Shown here one piece after another: positions 10,071-21,340 of a stretch of 64,000 nt of DNA. Position numbers and translations under genes: made by a program. Each line of letters begins with the position of its first letter. The first letter of the stretch is position 1. The notes under the pieces were generated by a model that saw nothing but the letters and a program-made list of their open reading frames with translations, searched no databases and was not told the origin of the DNA. This DNA is from Strigamia acuminata (Eukaryota): contig OX442314.1 in the NCBI GenBank assembly GCA_949358305.1, forward strand, positions 20,150,001 to 20,214,000. The letters are read 5' to 3'.

Positions 10071-12281
10071 ACAATCAACATTGTTGCTGTTATTGTCGCT
10101 TTTTTTAATATCGCTCTTTTGGAGCGTTGCTCTTTTGTTGGGCACTATTGTCGTGGCACTCTTCTGAGAGGCGCTCTTTTGACTCTTCATCACGGTAAGT
10201 GGTAAATTGAAGATCTTGCAAAGTTAAGATGCAAAATAGTAAATGTATGAATAACAAATAAATGATGTTACTTTTGGAGGCCTCACCCTGTAACATTGAT
10301 ATTTGTTATTTGTCTAAATAAATGATTTATATAAATTTTATATTTATTTCTTCAGCTTGAAGCTGGGTGCTCGCATGAAGAAATGGCGCATTCTGTATTT
10401 TCATATTTTATTGTTGTCTTTATTAAGTAAAGGATTATTTTACAATAATTAAATTGTTTGTTTAACAAGGTTAATTAACTATAGTCTGATTATTCTAAAA
10501 AATAGGACTGGTTAGTGGTTAGCCAGAGACCAGATGGCCTGGCGGGGATTTTCTATAAAATACTGTATTTAGGGACATACAGAACTTAAAAGAAAGCCTG
10601 TCTCAGACATCAGTTAGCCGTGTGGATCAACACAATACATGGTGTAAATGATGTCAGGCAACTGATCCCTAGTGATGGATTGAGGAAATTCATCGATTGA
10701 CGAGTTGCGCTAAAAGTAAACATTTTCGTAATATTTGATTGTCAATTTGAATAAGTTAAAACTACAATTTTTCATAAAATTTATTTAGTAGAAAAACGTA
10801 CAAAAAACAAAAGTTTAGCTTTTCAAAAACCTTTGCTATTCCCTTTAAGTTTTAAATAAATCTGAAAACAATCAAATATCCATCAATAGATAATAAACAC
10901 TCAACAAGTAAAACAAAAAAACTACGTTTTTGAAAAAGGCTTTTACGCTGTATCCCTGCGAAATTGGAATCCAGAATAAAAATTTGGCAATTGAAGGATC
11001 GTTTTTTAGCAAAAAAAAAAAATAAATAAAGTTAAGATCAAAAAATTGTTGGCACCCTTTGAAAGAGCGGCAAATTCTGCACAGGAAACATTTTAAATAT
11101 TCTAATCGGTTCATTTTTCATATTTTTGGTTTTTTTATGGTCAAATTCAAATTTCCCACTAAATTTGACATGCGGTCGCTGGCTACAATCGTAAAAAAAC
11201 GTACTTTTCCTTTACCGAATCAAAAGAAAAAATATACAGGCTCGTGCTGAATGCAATTTCCAATCGAATGAGACTGGTTTCAGAATTTTTAAATCCCTTT
11301 TTAGTACCGAAAACATCAAAATTCGTATCGGGCGAACATTTTGGCATCCATTAAAAAACACGGGTTCCGCCAGGTGGCGCCCAGCTTACAGTTTGCCGTA
11401 AATCAGAGTTTTCAGCATTCGTACTTCCAGTCCACAGCACTTAAAAATGAGTCTTTTTTTTTCTTTTATTTTATTTTATTATAATGTGTGGAATGACCTG
11501 TTCTAGGGCTTGACGTCAACCAAAATTTAATTTTTTGTTATGCTGAATTGATTTTTGGAAAAAACACCCAAAATTAGGCAAACCGGAAGTTGAAACACAC
11601 ACACAAACGTACAAGGTAAGTTAAATAAAAGCCTTTAAAAAACAATAATAAAACACTAAACTCATGTAAATTCGACAGTAAATCCGACAACACTAAAAAT
11701 CAACGATGAAGGATAATAACTTCGTGCAACGTTGCGCGACAGCATCCATGAGCTGAAAGTCCACAAAAAAATGCAAACTGACCCGTTGTTTGTGGTACAA
11801 CTTCTAGCGTACAATGGACTGTACTTTTCTGCAGCCGGAGAGTGTCTTTGCGAATCTAACAACTCCCACCAATTCCGCAATTGTGGAAATGTCCGGCAAC
11901 TTAGGTTTGGCATGAGAGCTCAAAAGCGATGAAAGAGAGGCAAATGGAACAGCTGCTGCAACATGACTAGGAAACAATGTCATACTGTTGGCTACGAAAA
12001 TGAGCTGCAGAAAAAACGCTAGGAATTAAAGCAAGAACTTTGTTTATTAAATAAGTTTAATTAAAACACGACAATTAAAAACGCCGGCAAAGTAAACTTA
12101 ACATTAAAAGACCCTGAAAATGAAGACGCTGGCAGCATCAATAAATTTTTATTTATTTTTTAATTTAGTTTTGTATGATTTTATAATTTTAGGCTGCCTG
12201 ATGTACGTATATGAAAGAGGATGTACTGAAACCAAAACTGGATTAATTTGGATAAAATCAATGGGCACGGTATGGTATTTT

Positions 12282-13053
12282 TATACAGGGTGGACAAAAA
12301 GTATGGTTCACAGTAAATAATTCCCAAACTGTTGTAGTTGTTGATTCAGCAAAATGATTTTAAGGTTAGTTTTTTGGGGGAAATCCAATTATGACATCGA
12401 ACTTGACTTCTGAGGTCATCTTCAAGGTCATCCATATTGTAACTCGAGAACCGTGACAGGTAGAGCAAAAAGGTGAATGAGAAAGTTGTAGAGCATCATC
12501 CAATTAGTCTAGAACCATTCTTAAAAAAATTATTTCATACTGAAAAGTTTTGAGAAAAAAGGTCTGAAACATTAGTCTACTCAGCATTGTAACTCAGCTT
12601 TGTAACCTAAAAATATAGAGGCAACCAAGCTAATCCTCAATTAGGACACTTTATTTGGTTATACTTGTAAGTGGAAAAGAGGAAACACAAAAGAAAAGAA
12701 ATAATTTATTTTGGAAATACATTCCAACATGATAGTTTTAGGTTGCAAAGCTGAGTAGACTAACGTTTCAGACCTTTTTTCTCAAAATTTTTCAGTAAGA
12801 AATAATTTTTTTAAGAATGGTTCTAGACTAATTGGATGATGCTCTACAACTTTCTTATTCACCTTTTTGCTCTATCTCTCACGGTTCTCGAGTTACAATA
12901 TAGATGACCTTGAAGATGACTTCAGAGGTCAAGTTCGATGTCATAATTGGATTTCCCCCAAAAAACTACCCTTACAATCATTTTGCTAAATCAACAACTA
13001 AAACAGTTTGGGAATTATTTATTGTGAACCATACTTTTTGTCCACCCTGTATA
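12282..13053. mobile_element. Foldback-type element with ~310-330-bp TIRs (TA-TACAGGGTG termini, Tc1/mariner-like)
   Basis: 12282-~12611 is the near-perfect reverse complement of ~12737-13053, with a ~125-bp spacer. Confidence 0.9.
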
Positions 13054-13290
13054 CAACAAAACATTTGATCACGCAACATTGCAAAATATTTGATTTGAAC
13101 AATAATGGATCATTCTAAGAAAATATTATTACTTTAACAAATAATCAAACACTCTTACTTTACAATACTCATAACGGTGAATTTATTACATATTTAAATA
13201 AATAGAATACAACAAAAAATAAAAATCATAAAATCCAACACGAAACAATTCTTAATAAAAAAACAGGTTAAATTAAATTTTTGATTTTGC

Positions 13291-16200
13291 TCATAAGCTA
13301 GCTTTTTGAATTGTGCTTCTAGATTGTAGTTCTAACTTATTTTCCATTTGTGCTGCATTGAGGTATCGAATTCTTATAAATGTCCGGACTCTACTGTAAC
13401 AAGAAACAATCTTTTTTTGAACAGATGGGTATTTTTTTGAAACAGTATTTTCTAATTCTTTCACAATCCCTTTTCTTTTGTTTAGGTCGTTTCCATGTAA
13501 TTGGTAAAACAAAACTTCGAATTCCTTAACAAGTTGCAGCCAATCAGCAGATGGTTCGAATAAACCACCGTTTGAAGACACTATTTGAAGCCAAGAAGGT
13601 GTGTCCGTTGAAACTTGGGAAATTTTTTGTCCTAATGATGGATCAATGTCGTTGCATCTGAAGGCAATGTAGCCTGCCATATATTTCAGGCCATCATGCT
13701 CGGATTCAGGTGTACTCGATTTTTCCAGTGATTGTACGTGTATCCAAAAATTCTTGAAGTAGTTGTTGAATGTCAATTGATTCGTTGAAGTCATCATTTA
13801 ATGTTGCTTCTGCTAAATCGTTGCTACGTTCATCCGGAATTGAATTGGAAAGAATGGTTGACGATGAAAGTTTGTCAGGTTCAACTTCAGCCTCAACAAC
13901 ACGACCAACAGATATGTTGCTGCAGTTGGCACCCAAGAGGAGTAAACGAAGGCGATTTTTGAACTCTGCTGGAAGTGGATGGTTGTAAAAGTGCCCCGTA
14001 CCCCTGATGTCCGAAAATGAATGTTCAAGGCAATCTTGATTTAATCGTCGTGTCAAAATATATTTAAATTTTTTTTTGCCATGTCCTGATGTAATCCCTT
14101 GAGGGATTTTATTGATTGTAATACACCTCGTTGGCAAGGTAATAATGATCTTTTTTTCCAAATCTGCTAAAAAAACATTAATTGATCCATCTGATTTAAA
14201 ATTTCATTGTTTTTCCAGGTAATTTCCGTAGCCACTTCTCAGTTGATTTAATCGATCAACAGATACATTTGAATTAAAAATATCAAAAATGTCATTAATA
14301 AGTTGAAATATTTTCGATGCTTCTTCATCCCGGAGGTAACGTGAAATGGCAGCAGCTGTTTTGGGTGAAAAAAGTTTAGCAGCATAAGTAAATCTGTCTG
14401 TCTCTAGTTTGTAGATGAATATGATGTCTCGTGATGTGCAAGCATGTTTTAAGTTCACTGTTCGTTTTTACTAATAATGTTTCAATTGTTTCTTTAGTTA
14501 AAATTCGTCCCAATGGAAGTTTAATGCCGTCGTCCAAGAAATGATTTCGTAGTAATTTGAGGAGGTGCGGAAAGTCGAGGAAAACCCATATGTTGTTGTT
14601 CGGTGGTGATGGATTTTTGAATGACCGATTTTAGTGATTGATGCCCAATGATTTCCAAACTGTTGTTTTTTCCACCTAAATCCGACACACAAGCAACCAC
14701 GTGTAAGTCACAATAATCGAGTTGTAATTTTGTAATAATGTCGAGTAGTATTTCTTTGGTCATGACAGCATCAAAATTGTAATAAATATGCTGTTTCCAT
14801 TTAGCATATAGCCCTCTAATCATGGCTACTTGTACATTTGAATGTGGCCCGAATATCCTGTCACTTTGTCTGTCATATTGGATTCTTGAATCAATGTTCA
14901 TTTCATCAAAGGATAACACAGTATTTTTCAATCTCCCGAAAATCTTGATTTTTTAGTAGGTCCAAAATACTTAAAAGAATTCCTGGGTCACATTGAAATC
15001 TAGAAGTCCACTGTCGTATGGTTGTGAGTCCTGGTAATAGAATATTAAGTTTGTCACGTACGTATTGAAAAGATTTTATGCCCAGTGCTCGAACTGAGAT
15101 AACTTTTATGATGTCTTCTTTTTGCCAATGAACAGTTTTTTTCTTTTTTTTGGACTTCAGGTGTTTAATTTGAGCTGCTGAGAAAACTCTTTTCAAGCAT
15201 TTTAAATCATCTTCAGCTTTTTTGTTTTGATTTTGTTACTTTATTGAAGCCAACCATTTTGTCTTCCACTTGGTTGATCCGTGTTGCAAACATTTGGTTT
15301 GTTTATGTAGTTTTTGGACTTGAATTTGCAACAATTTAATGTTTTTCTTGTCAAGGGCTTGATTATTTTCCAGCTGTTTCTTTTCATTTTTTAATTCTTC
15401 TATTTGTCTTTGCAGGTCTTTAGTTTGGGCATCATGGCTAGGTGTAGCAAGAACCAATGAATCCACTTCATTATCTACGAGCTGACTCTCGTAGCTGACT
15501 CTCAGCTGTAATTTGGCTAGCAGTGTTTACTGTGACATCAAAATCCTCAGCTGTCAGCTGTTCGTCATACTGATTCCAAGTTCCTGATATAAACAAAATA
15601 ATTGACTGGTTTATGTATGGATATAAATTTATGTAATTACAGTTAACAGTTTATTTTTTTCAGATTCTAATTTTTTTGTTACTTTTTGCAGAGAGTAATA
15701 AATTGTTTTCAAACTTTCATTTTGATTTTAAGGTCTCTTTTTGTAATATTACATATAAAATTCACATTTTTGCTTAAAAACGCATTGTTGTGCTTAAAAA
15801 AATGTAAAATTGTGCTTAAAATGCCATTTTTGCGGAAAATATGCCGTTTTTGCGAATAAATGCCATTTTTGCAAATAAAATGCCATTTTTGCTTATAAAA
15901 ATGCCATTTCTAACATTTTCTCAATACTTGTAAATACATTTATTTCTAATTAATTTTTAAATTTGTAATTATGTGTTAACCTGGATGGCATCAAGTATTC
16001 ACATTTATTTAGTTTAGGCTTTATTTATTAGATTGTCTCTAAACTGTTATTATAAAAAATAATATTAGCCTATTTATTTTTATTTTGAGAAGCCAAATTT
16101 CCAAGGTGAGCAATGCATTCATTTAATTTGTACATTTTAAATTTTTATAATAAAAAATAAAATAAATCATGCACTGTTGATCAATTATTTCAATTTTATT

Positions 16201-16586
16201 TAGGCCTACTTATTGCAAATTTTTATTCAAGGTTACCTTCTAATCGTAGCAATGCATTTTTTCTTGTGGATCGTATCTGGTATCTTGTCCCTCTGGTTGT
16301 GGATTGGTCACTTATTTCAAGGTTTTTGTTGAATTTTGGAATTGCTTCTGATAGTAAAATTGGTTTAAAATGACCAACTGTCCATTGCATGTAGTTTTCA
16401 AAGTCACTGTTGAAAATGGCAAGAGCAGATTCTTTCTGTTTGAAAATTTATTATGTCCTTGTGTTTGCACACATTCTGCCATTTTTTCCTAATCTTTTTA
16501 TCTTTGGAAAATCTAAAAAAGGCTAATTTAAAATTTAATTTCGACTTGTCTGTATTTTTACAGCCATAAACTGCACACGACGGCAT
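13291..16586 (-). pseudogene. Decayed P-element/THAP9-like transposase
   Basis: N-terminal THAP C2CH finger (MPSCAVYGC...W...CSCHF), coiled coil, then P-transposase motifs LSFDEM, VAMIRGL..KWKQ, VSDLG, LNQDCLEHSFS, YMAGY, GGLFEPS, split by several stops and frameshifts. Confidence 0.9.
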
Positions 16587-16724
16587 TTTTGCAGTTTGAA
16601 ATTGGAATCGGCGCCCAGTGACGTCAGAGTGCAATGGCTACGCCACTTGCTCCGCCCCTTCAATTTCAGGAAGTGACGTCATTTTAGCGAAGTGGCCAAA
16701 CCTTATAACGTCGTTCAACCTTGG

Positions 16725-16896
16725 TAAGCTGTGTAGACAGGACATAGCACCGTCCGAACAGCTGTGTGGTCCAAACAGTTTGGAAAGCCTGATTTGTTCC
16801 CTCTACCCAGCAATATTAAATCGCCTCTCCCATCCGGACATTCCCTAAACTGGACAAGTTTCTGGGACCCATCCTATGTCCGGGCTACACAGCTTA
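16725..16896. mobile_element. MITE, TA-flanked
   Basis: TAAGCTGTGTAGACAGGACATAG / CTATGTCCGGGCTACACAGCTTA inverted repeat (2 mismatches in 23). Confidence 0.8.
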
Positions 16897-17412
16897 CACT
16901 GTATTGTGAAATAAATAACCAGGTGTTTGGTTTTGATCCAAACAGTTCGGTGTTTGGTTCCGATCGAATAACTGCTAGGATCAAAAATAATTTGGAAACT
17001 TTTTAAAAATAAAATGCAAACTTAAAAAAAAACAATTTTTGAAATTTCAATTGTGTTTGGCGTAAAGTCAGTTTAACTTGACAAAATATCAATATTAATG
17101 TGATGCACAAAGATGTATTGAAGAAATAAATTGAAGCGGTCTGAACGAAAACAGGTTTTACTCGTGAAAAAATATTAAAGTACAACACCACCCGTAACCA
17201 TAATAGCAGAAAAACGCAGACTATACACGTCGTAGAAAAAAGATACACTCAATTTTATTCAAGTTATCCAAGTTTATTATTACAGATTTAAGCATGTTTT
17301 AATTGCTAGTGAAATTAATGTCCATATAAAATTTCCTGACGCTTAGAACAAAAGCACATTAAATCAAAGTGAATTTTGTGTGATATTTGATCGCATTGTG
17401 CGAGTCTCCAGA

Positions 17413-20400
17413 ATGCTTAAAAAGTTAATTTTAATTTTGTTGATTGTTCTGATTGACACAGCGATAAACGTAATGATTCATCAATTCGATATTATTTTAA
17501 CATTTCTTTTTCTTCATTTTTTGTGCCATTTTAATAATTTTTTTAGGGCGAATTGCAATTTTGGGACGGTTCAGTACAGAAATATACGGGTAGAAACCTT
17601 GAACCTGAACTGCGCTTTAATTCCAACAGTAAGTAAATCAAATCCAAGACTAACTGCATTCAAAACATGTTTTAACAGTTATTTGCATCAGTAGCCTGTA
17701 TTCAAAAAGTCGTGTTATAAGTGTTTTTGATGTTTGTGTTTTTGTACTTTTGTGTAAATTTGCTGCAAAGTCTGGTTTTGTTTTAGTGATTTCTTGAAAT
17801 TACTTTTGAATTGTAAGGTTTTTGCATCAACTATTTAAATTCGTTTCAAAAAGATGATAAAAGAGAATGTGAGTGGCGATTGATTACCTCATGGTCAGGG
17901 GAGGACCATGGAGTATTTGGACACCATTCACGATAAGGAACAACACAAGAAACACAGTTTTTGATTGTATAATCTTTATTGCAGTTGTCTCAGGGTTGCA
18001 CGTTCACCATGGTATCGCCTAGGTCCCTGGGTTGCCTTTCAGCAGTCCAACCACTGACCACATGGGCAGCATGATCGGATTGCATTGACTGCCGTGCCTT
18101 GCAGTTCGGCCTAACGGGTCGCTTCAAGTCATTGCGGACTTGAGAGCGATCTCGTTCCTCATTGTTGCGATCGTAATAGCCTCCTTCTCTCTAGCCACCC
18201 ACGACCAGTCAGTATGGTGATTGAACTGTGTCAGGTGGAGTGGTCTCACCACAGCTCGACACCTTGCAGAATCCTGTCCTGCAATCACGACGCAGCTCCA
18301 ACGGTACAGCGTAGGAGCTGCTGAGGATCCTCTAATTAATGTCGCCATTGCCGAATAGTGGCGGCCAGTAGGTCACAAGAATGATTTCGTCAGGCATAGT
18401 TCGTAAACATTTGTAGATTTTTTTTAAAAATATTAAAACTATATTATAGTAAATGAACTGTACATAAGAACAGTAAAAAACCAGGTTTAGTTAAACAAAT
18501 CAAAAACACAACACAAACTAATAACATTTTTGATTACACTACAACTATCTCCTAAAACTGTCATATCAGTTCTCATTTAATTGTTTGCCATCATTTTCTT
18601 AAAAAACGTAGTTGTCGGCAACCATTTAAAAAGACATACACCTCACCAGCATCATTATCACCATCACCACCATAATTTCCCCGAAAAAGACACATACTAT
18701 AATAAAGAAAATCTACATTTCAATCGTAACATTGAAGACTTTGGTCCACCTCACATAAAAAACAAGAAGCCAGACCCATATATTGTACTCGCAAAAAACC
18801 CATATATTATAAGGGATGGACTATTCTTAATTGTGCCATTTGAAGAAGATGGAGAAATAAAATACATAGAAGTTCCTATAGTAAAACCCACCGTTTCAAG
18901 TAGACGAAACAAACCAGCAGAAACAAATGTAATGGTGCCTTTCACAGATAATGGAGATATAAAATATTTACAATTGCCTGTCCAAAAACTGCCGAGTTTA
19001 CCAAACAAACGTCAGAATGAACCAATCACCACTTATGGTGTAAAAAAACACAAGTCAAAACCATTCAACGTTTACGACGGACCAAAATCGCCTGAAAACA
19101 GACTTAACTATCCATACAACGATCCCAAAGCCAGTGAATTAGATGCAAACAAACCTTTGGAAAAATCTTACTCTTATTCTAAATCAAAACAACAACAAAA
19201 ACAAGAACGAACGCACAAGCAAAGGTTTTCACAAACACCGTCATATGAAAGTGCCGGGAATTATAATCCAATGAGTCGAAATGTAGTTCAAATGAATTCT
19301 GATTCCGAATCGAACACACCGTCAAATAAGTATCGTTACAAAGATATTTCTGGACGAATTTACACTGTGGGGACCTACGATATGGGTAATTACGATATGG
19401 GAGTTCCTTGGGCTATGATGCAAAGAAATAATGAAATTAGAAATTCTCAGGCGAGTACCAACCCAGATCCACATGCAAAGCACACAAGAATAAAACAGCA
19501 TCTAAAACCTAGTTATCAGTCAGATTCGGACTCGGGCTCTGATTCAGGATCCGATGAATTCCCTGTAAAAATACGGTCTGGGTCCGAATCGAACGCACCG
19601 TCGAATAAGTATCCCACCAATCCTAATAAAGATATATTTGGACGAGTTTACACGATGGGGACCTACGATATGGGTGCTTACGATATGGGAGTTCCTTGGG
19701 TTATGATGCAAAGAAATAATGAAATTGGAAGAACCTACCCAGATCCAGATACAAGAGACTCAAGAATAAAACATCTAAAACCTAGTTACCAGTCAGATTC
19801 GGATTCGGATGCAGATTCAAATAAATTACCTACCGGAATTGGAGCAAGAGCTTTGCAAAATGAAGGTAAGTAACTTTCGGAAGAATAATTTGCAAGTTTT
19901 ACTCTTTGATTAGAGTTTAATGATTACTGCGATCAATAATTATTGCATTAAAATTATTTATATTTTTATAAGTAATAACGAGTTAAGTAGATGTCCCTAG
20001 TTTGGGTTTCCATGAGTAAAATTGTCATTTTTAATGCAACAATTATTTCAAGCCGAGACTCTTAATCTGATTTGGTAATTTATTACTTTTAACTGCGAAG
20101 ACACTCAAAACACACATGATGGACCGTCAGTTGATCATGTTCATCACGACCAAGATGCAATTACACAAATTCCCCGTACATATAGTGGAATCAATGAAAG
20201 GATAGCAGGTGAAATTAATTCAAGACGATTAACTGTTGAAAACGTTGGAAACAATCCCGCATTTGACATTGAAAAGGCTTATAAAAAAGGTAAGTTAAAT
20301 AATCATGATCCAGGAAGTAGGGTTATTGTGATATCCCCTATATTGTATGGAGTACATGACCAATGCCCCTGCTGTATGCGCTCACACCGCCTTAACTGGG

Positions 20401-20880
20401 TCTCTCAAATCCAAACTGAGTAGAAGAAATCAAATTAATAAGCATTTTGTTGGAAAAAAATTACAGAAATGGCGATGAAATGACCGATTACAATAATGTA
20501 ATTGATCAAATTTCCATACCAAAAGCTCAAAAGAACAAAAATTTAACTTTTTTTTCGTTACGTTGAACAGCATTACATTTTTATAAACAAAATTAATTTT
20601 AATATTATTTTGATTACTTTTAATTAATATAAATTGATGGGTACTAGTGCCCAGGGTCCCCAAGCAACATAAACTACACCTAACACACTAAAACCGCATA
20701 TTAAAAAAATATATATTAAAATACCTTAAATTATTAATGTATAAAATATCATTGTTAAAATTTCTAGTTCAATCTAGAAGTCTCACAGCACCTGATTCCA
20801 GGTATTAAAATTACCCATTTTTTTATTCTAAATATTTCAAATAATTTTTTAGTTCTAGCAGCTCGTCAAGTGAAGACTAA
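17413..20880 (+). CDS. Secreted low-complexity protein family copy B (apparently intact, six exons)
   Basis: Phase-compatible GT-AG exons 17413-17469 (MLKKLILILLIVLIDTAIN), 17547-17628, 18612-19865, 20101-20289, 20768-20801, 20853-20880 (ends DSSSSSSSED*); His tract, VPFxxxGxIKY repeats, ~90-aa internal duplication. Confidence 0.75.
17868..18377 (-). mobile_element. Solo LTR (510 bp) in intron 2 of copy B
   Basis: Termini TGTGA...TCACA, 4-bp target duplication AGAA on both sides, GC-rich relative to its flanks, absent from the paralogous intron of copy A; strand inferred from an AATAAA on the minus strand. Confidence 0.85.
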
Positions 20881-21340
20881 TCGTCTTCTCAATCATCGTC
20901 ATAATCTGGAATTGATTTCGATGATTGGTCTTGTAAATCACGTATAAACTGTTTTAATAAAATGCCAGAAAACAAAACATTTTCTTCTTACATGCTGTTT
21001 GCTGTATGATAAATATCCTAACAGAAAATAAAAATTAAAAAAAAAAATCTGGAGAATTATAGTTCAGGAATTTCTCATTGAAACGATCGGTGATTGTGTC
21101 ATGATTAAAAAAAAATCGCAATAAAACTTTACACTACCAAGAAAAAACATTTAACATCCTGTTGTTTACAGTCCAGCACTGTTAAGTAGTTTTATCTTAC
21201 CAAGGCGGAGCTACCGCATAAATATTCAATGAAATTAATAATAAATTAACAAATTGTATGAAATTGATATTCAAGTTAATTTTAACCGACTATACAACAA
21301 AAGAACATTAAATAAAAGTTAGTTTAGTGTGACCGCCAGA

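Larger units (their letters stand above)
8997..10193. mobile_element. Putative non-autonomous DNA element with subterminal AAGAGCG(A/C)C repeats
   Basis: AAAAGAGCGAC/AAGAGCGCC repeats at 9006-9135 are mirrored as G(T/G)CGCTCTTTT at 10095-10183; possible 8-bp target duplication GGTAAG(C/T)G at 8989-8996 and 10194-10201; termini themselves imperfect. Confidence 0.5.

Noticed and set aside
10510..11450. Possible further DNA transposon remnant
   Set aside because: The composition looks repeat-derived but no TIR pair, TSD or coding motif could be identified
11503..16723. Terminal inverted repeats and 8-bp TSD for the P-like element
   Set aside because: Only weak similarity (CTAGGG.. versus CAAGGT..) and no matching target duplication
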